A stretch of DNA of 34,415 nt from Nemertoderma westbladi (taxonomy: Eukaryota > Animalia > Xenacoelomorpha): NCBI GenBank assembly GCA_032718475.1, contig JAUCBJ010000458.1:1-34415 (forward strand). The letters run 5' to 3'. Below are positions 33,975 through 34,415 of this stretch, one piece after another (the first letter of the stretch is position 1; each line of letters starts with the position of its first letter). Made by a program: the position numbers and the translations under genes. The notes under the pieces were generated by a model. The model was not told the DNA's origin and did no database searches. It worked only from the letters and a program-made list of their open reading frames with translations.

Positions 33975-34415
33975 ATTTACTATTAACAAAACACGATAAT
34001 ATTTAATTTATGTTGTTCAGTTGTGTCATCAGTTGTTAGGAGCTTCAGGGCTACACTGTTGGTCCATTTCTAAAACTGACAGGACCATAGGCAGAGTTAA
34101 GAAATAATTGGAGGGCCGGATTTCAAAATGCCCTGATCGAGACAATTTAATCCAAAAAATATCAATTTGTTTTGTGTTTCTGGTGTAATATTTTTTTAAA
34201 ATTTAAAATTTTAGGATGGCTAAAAATTAAAGTACAAAAATCAAATATACATCACTATGTATAAGTGTAATATTAAAGTAATGAAAAGTAAATAACTATA
34301 CAATAGAAGTAGTAGTTTTCTTATATACAATTGCTGCATATAAATAATAAGGTAAAGTTATATAATTTAAATTTATTATCGATGGCAATAGTAATATGAT
34401 AGACATAGAAAGTAA

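Overview
AT-rich, repeat-dominated eukaryotic (probably invertebrate animal) genomic DNA. There are no prokaryotic genes, RNA genes or CRISPR arrays. About half of the window is two satellite arrays: a 110-bp unit at 1525-9054 and a 39/42-bp unit at 18313-26607. Several minisatellites (14, 18, 26, 29-30, 44 and 61 bp units) are also present. Mobile elements are a three-level nest of non-autonomous DNA transposons, each with its own 8-bp target-site duplication (9596-11501), a TA-targeting Tc1/mariner-type MITE (17281-17965), and a near full-length but inactivated RTE-clade LINE (about 28.5-31.8 kb). The main result, missed by the ORF track, is a four-exon gene on the + strand (26666-26826, 32054-32321, 33381-33605, 33747-33974). 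It has GT-AG introns with matching phases and gives an uninterrupted 293-aa protein. By eye the protein resembles a tandem OB-fold ssDNA-binding protein with a four-cysteine zinc ribbon; this is inference. It starts about 60 bp after the 8.3-kb satellite, and the LINE and more repeats lie in its first intron. Other signals are many TA-CCGG-TA / TA-GGCC-TA excision-footprint-like words (one shown directly as an insertion in a satellite unit) and a 21-nt exact copy of internal RT sequence at the LINE 5' end.
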